From NCBI GenBank assembly GCA_048013815.1, contig CM106585.1, positions 8,370,001 to 8,434,000 on the forward strand: a stretch of DNA of 64,000 nucleotides, written 5' to 3'. Below, one piece after another: positions 59,696-64,000 of this stretch (position 1 is the first letter of the stretch; every line of letters begins with the position of its first letter). The position numbers and the translations under genes were made by a program. The DNA comes from Setoptus koraiensis. Lineage: Eukaryota; Animalia; Arthropoda. Below the pieces are notes generated by a model. The model worked only from the letters and a program-made list of their open reading frames with translations. It did no database searches and was not told where the DNA came from.

Positions 59696-59933
59696 ACGAC
59701 TATTTCTTCAGAAGATTACAAGCTGAGGTTGGATCTAAATCGCGAGCTAAAACAATGACGAAATCGAAAAGGAAATGTGTAGATGGTTGTGCCATTGTCT
59801 ACAGAACTAGTAAATTCCCTTAAGCCGAGCTGATCTGATTGAATTTTATCAATTGGCCATCACTAATGCCAAAAGTTCAGCTAGCTAAACCAAGCTAAAA
59901 CCAGTGCCAATTGAATTGATATCGGAGATTAAT
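59696..59933 (+). pseudogene. Decayed fragment of the canonical CCR4/CNOT6 gene
   Basis: 59696-59880 matches 55662-55862 (ACGACTATTTCTT..ATTACAAGCTGA..AAATCGCGAGCTAAAACAATGACG..GATGGTTGTGCCATT.TCTACAGAACTAGTAAATTC..) with indels and frameshifts. A possible further trace at 59904-59933 matches 56373-56413. Confidence 0.88.
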
Positions 59934-60051
59934 GAAGAGAAATTAGCTAAGGTGTTTAATTGAATTTTGAATTGATCAGAGATGTAGCGTTAGATTCGAT
60001 AGATTTGCTTAATTTAGTTGTTTGTGTCAAATGACGTCATGATGAATTAAT

Positions 60052-60594
60052 TTAGTAGTTGTCAGCCGCTCTTTTGTAACTAATAGAAGAGTTATCGTTG
60101 GCAACACTATCTCCAGTGGATAATTTAGCAAATGCCAATAGTGTATCAGGAAAATTTGGTGGTGTTGCCGGTGTGTTCGCTGGCGCTAATATAGAATTAA
60201 AGCGACTATCTCGATTAAGCATAGATGTATGACTGTTGATATCGTTGGTCATATTACTGTTGTTGTTGTTTGTATCATTTAAGATATAATCATTATAGTT
60301 GACGTGATTGCTACTACGATAGTTTTCGTTTATTGGCGGCGCTCTAACTGACAACGGCGCCGTCCTGTGATGTAAACCCGATTGGGTGATATGAGTCCCA
60401 TTGTTGTGATGGCCTGAGACAGGTGATGTAGGTGATGGTAATAGAACTGGCTGATCTTGTAAGAATACGCTAAGAGCTGCCTCTAATTGCCAATGCGTGG
60501 CTCGTAATAGTTCGCGAGCCTGTTCATGAGCGCATCCCGCTGTTGCCACCAAATGATTAATCATAACCTGCTCCTTGAGGCCGATATCTGACAT
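60052..60594 (-). CDS. UBALD1: UBA-like domain-containing protein (UBALD1/2 family), 180 aa, intronless
   Basis: EQVMINHLVATAGCAHEQARELLRATHWQLEAALSVFLQD and family signature PANTPATPPNFPDTLLAFAKL. Confidence 0.88.
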   Translation of the reverse strand: MSDIGLKEQVMINHLVATAGCAHEQARELLRATHWQLEAALSVFLQDQPVLLPSPTSPVSGHHNNGTHITQSGLHHRTAPLSVRAPPINENYRSSNHVNYNDYILNDTNNNNSNMTNDINSHTSMLNRDSRFNSILAPANTPATPPNFPDTLLAFAKLSTGDSVANDNSSISYKRAADNY

Positions 60595-62724
60595 TGTGTG
60601 TGTAAATTATCCGCTGCTTGCAATGATGATAATATTTCCAAGTGATTTTGTATAATAATAAATTGTCACATTATTAGAATTGATAATACTAACCATAATA
60701 ATGATGATAGTAAAAAGATAAATAATCCATGAGTGACAAACAACAATTTTGTTTCACAACAACACAACAATTTATTGATAATAATAATAAACGCAAACAC
60801 ACACACACACACACTCGAACAGGCAAGCACACTCACACTTACACACACAGACAACACACTCACTTGTGAGTCACTATAAGCACACACTGCTACGGAGAGC
60901 TGCTCAAAGTCACGCCTACAGTGTGTGCCAAAAAGAGGGAACACAAACAAGCGGGCGAATGTAGTGCGCAAAAGTGACTGTTTGCAGGGCGCACACTGTC
61001 ACAACAACAGCACACACACACGACGAAACGATACACAACGAATTGTGTGTGGGGGACAAGACAAGAGTGAATGCATTGCGATCGCTTGCGTTCTCACCAG
61101 TACGTTTGCGGCAGCAGCAACAACAACAACAACAACAACGATCATTATTGTTGTTTATACACAACGCTTACTCTGGCGCACTCGGCGTGTGTGTCGGCGC
61201 TGTCCCGCAGCGTTGCGCCCGGCCCAGAGTTTTGCGGGCACCCTGTACTCGCCTCGTGTATCACTTTCACATTCATAAATATATAAATATATAAATATAT
61301 GAATATAAATATAATAATAGATGAATAAACGTATTAATATAGATATTGCTTTGTACACTTGATATTATATAATTCTATGGCGGGCACATTATGTGATGAT
61401 GTGTGCGCTTATTGTTGTTGTTGCCCATATTGAAGGATCTGCCAATGGATACGCTCGCAGCGCCAGCAGGAGACATGCCTAGACACTTGCATCATTACAT
61501 GCTCAACATAACTCACTGCCAGTCTCAACAACAACAACAACACCGCCAGTATGGAGAGGATTACCATGAATGTAATAAGCATGCCAGACAGCGGCGAAGG
61601 CACCAACGTGGATAAGGCATGAGTGGCGTCTCTCTTGCGCAAACGCTTTATTTATCCACCCAATTGTCTAGTCATACAACAGCAACAGCAACAGTAACAG
61701 CAACAACGACATCAACTATAGACACGTATCACATGTTGGCAGCGAACGTGTACTACGCGTAGACTCTGGCACTACCGACACCTTTGCGCCAAATAGCTCG
61801 ACGGCCAAATTGCGTAGAAAGTTTCGCCGGAGCAACAACTGCCAGCAGCCGGCAGCCGGCGTGTCTCTGTATTGGCTTATCGGGGCTTCTCTCGCGCCGG
61901 CCCGGCAACCACCACGCAGCTGGCCATTATGAGAACGATAGACGACGACGATTCTTTCTTTTTGTTGTGCTGATTCAGCACTCGCTCACTTGGCAATGGA
62001 ACAAGAAGAAAAAGTAGAAAGCTGCCTACATTAACTGTGGCTCTCGTTGTGGCTGCAGCAGGCAAATTACAAGAATCAGGTTCAAGGTCATCGGCGCATG
62101 TCTTACCCTTTTGTGACCACCACTGCCGGCTCTCGTCAGACTTGCCCTCTCGACTGGACTAGCTGTGAGTTTGTTTGTGTTTATATTCACTCGCTTGTGT
62201 CTAGCCAGCATCTAACATTTCGGATGAGAGAACAACAACTTGCACTTGTCGCTCGGCCGCGCCAACCAGCCGTGCAACTCGTCCGCAACAGCAGCTACTG
62301 CTTCTCTGTGTCGCTGGCGTCTTATATACAATTGATAGATTCTCGACGAAGAAAACAAAACATTGCCTTTGTGCAACAGGCCACAGCCAATGCCGAAAGA
62401 AGCCTTTTGCCTGACAGTCGGTAGCAGCTACCGACGACTTACAGACAGTAGCTCCTACCAACTGTGACTGCGCCACTCACGCGCCGGCCTCCACGCACGG
62501 CGCTTCGACAGGTGATACAAGCCTTTGGTGTTGTCTATCATGAACAGTCTATGTGCCTTGTCCTTTGTTCTTACAACCTGATGGGCGAAATCAATTTCCT
62601 GTTTCAATCACGCAATCACACAACAGTTGGCATACAGTTAAATTGATTTGATTTAATTTCTAAATATACATAATTTGCATTATATTATTGTTGTCGCAAG
62701 TAACTATACACAATCGACACGATC

Positions 62725-63999
62725 TCAAGATTTATGATAACGGTTTCGGTGTTGTTGGTGGGCTGCCTGGGGACCTGATTGTCGGCCTATGGCCGAGCCA
62801 TTGGTTGTAGCTGGTTGCAGATAGTATTTGCCTGTTGAATTGTTAATCGGCTGCTGCTGGCCATTATCAACGTACATGGCGTCGACTTGATTGTCGTTGG
62901 ACCATCCATCCATGTCCTGTGTTGCTGTTGTTAACGCTGCTGTCGATGTTGCATCGCCCAATCTGGTGCCAGCGAACATGCAGGACATTGCGTTTCCGGT
63001 TCCATATGCAGCACTTCCGTATTGCAAATGGCGACTATCGGCACCGTTGGGAACCATGTAACCGTTGACTTGGCTAAAAAAGGACGAGCTTGTTGAGGCT
63101 GCTGGAGTTGTCGCCTGTTGCTGTGACGATAGCTGATGCGGCAAGGGTGGCGGTGGCATTCCGGCATTGTTGCTGTTGTAATAATTGTAATCGCCATTGT
63201 CACCGTATTGCTGCTGTTGCTGATGATGCAAATCAGAATACCTCTTCGATGATTGTTGCTTGGATTTTGATGTTGACACCGATTGCGACTGGTGATTGGC
63301 GAGAAGATGGTCGTTATGTTCATCGCCGCCAGATAATATAAGGCCTCTTGGGTGAAAGTTGGACCGACCATTCAGCACGGGTGGAAATAGGCGTCTGTTC
63401 ATAGTCATCGTCTGTAATTGGGGATCCAATTGATCTTGATTAGCGCTCCGCTTATAACTGCTATTATCGCCACGTTGATGATATCTTGTCATTTTATCGA
63501 CATGCTCATAGTCGTACGGATGCTGATTATTGCTGTTGTTTAATGCTGTCGACAATTGATGTCCACTCTTATAGTAGTTTGTCTCCAGCGCTATACCATA
63601 ATTGTCGTGCATAATCATATTATCGTGGCCGCCACCGATGGCAGCCATCGATCGACTCCTATGAATGCCTCTGTGATGATGATGATCCGCTCTAGCATCA
63701 TGCTGATTGTATCGTCTGGATAATGTTTGTTCAAACACACCGTTGTGTTTGGCGCTGTTGTTGTTAGTGTCATTGGCGTTGCTTGTTAACAAGTGTCTAT
63801 CCGATGATGTTGCCGATCTGTCGCTGTCATAATAATCAGCCTGAGGTAGCGAGAACGATGTTGCCGTTGTCAATAGTCCCGATGACTTATTATTGCTGCC
63901 CAATTTGCTAGTATTCACGGAACATTTACCTATGGGCGGCATACCATGGGTAACAACAACACCATCATTGTCATAGTGAACCGTTTGATTGTGTTGTCT
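62725..63999 (-). CDS. 3' part of an unidentified N/Q/H/S-rich low-complexity protein; frame is open to the window edge
   Basis: At least 424 stop-free codons; the frame continues upstream of the ATG at 63942 to position 63999. No recognisable domain. Confidence 0.6.
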   Translation of the reverse strand, partial: RQHNQTVHYDNDGVVVTHGMPPIGKCSVNTSKLGSNNKSSGLLTTATSFSLPQADYYDSDRSATSSDRHLLTSNANDTNNNSAKHNGVFEQTLSRRYNQHDARADHHHHRGIHRSRSMAAIGGGHDNMIMHDNYGIALETNYYKSGHQLSTALNNSNNQHPYDYEHVDKMTRYHQRGDNSSYKRSANQDQLDPQLQTMTMNRRLFPPVLNGRSNFHPRGLILSGGDEHNDHLLANHQSQSVSTSKSKQQSSKRYSDLHHQQQQQYGDNGDYNYYNSNNAGMPPPPLPHQLSSQQQATTPAASTSSSFFSQVNGYMVPNGADSRHLQYGSAAYGTGNAMSCMFAGTRLGDATSTAALTTATQDMDGWSNDNQVDAMYVDNGQQQPINNSTGKYYLQPATTNGSAIGRQSGPQAAHQQHRNRYHKS

Positions 64000-64000
64000 T

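Noticed and set aside
62481-62598. Exon-like segment on the minus strand (EIDFAHQVVRTKDKAHRLFMIDNTKGLYHLSKRRAWRPA) with good AG/GTGAGT flanks
   Set aside because: No phase-compatible strong donor links it to the upstream ORF and there is no recognisable homology. Left unannotated.

Overview
Eukaryotic, gene-dense animal (arthropod-like) genomic DNA with short GT-AG introns (about 90-160 bp), several long intronless genes and microsatellite-rich intergenic tracts. The compactness and intron loss suggest a miniaturised acariform (possibly eriophyoid) mite; this is inference. Recognisable genes, left to right: Skeletor/Knickkopf-family DM13-DOMON protein (-), Gfo/Idh/MocA myo-inositol dehydrogenase-like (-), alpha-arrestin (+), WDR26 (-), an intronless 2,860-aa UBR5/Hyd (-), FBXL6 (+), a divergent CCR4/CNOT6 paralogue (-), an ECE1/neprilysin M13 peptidase (-), canonical CCR4/CNOT6 (+), prohibitin-1 (-), a UBA-like domain protein (-), and a low-complexity ORF running off the right edge (-). 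The strongest novelty candidates concern poly(A)/deadenylation machinery. (1) The second CNOT6-type deadenylase keeps all catalytic motifs, but its CAF1-binding LRR appears eroded in place behind a ~1,100-aa N/Q/S-rich extension. (2) UBR5 appears to have lost its MLLE/PABC domain. (3) Deletion-eroded pseudogene fragments of CCR4 and of the UBA-like gene lie between PHB1 and the UBA-like gene, consistent with a tandem duplication resolved by reciprocal gene loss. All gene identities come from manual motif recognition; no searches or alignments were run. No rRNA, tRNA, CRISPR array or recognisable intact mobile element was seen.
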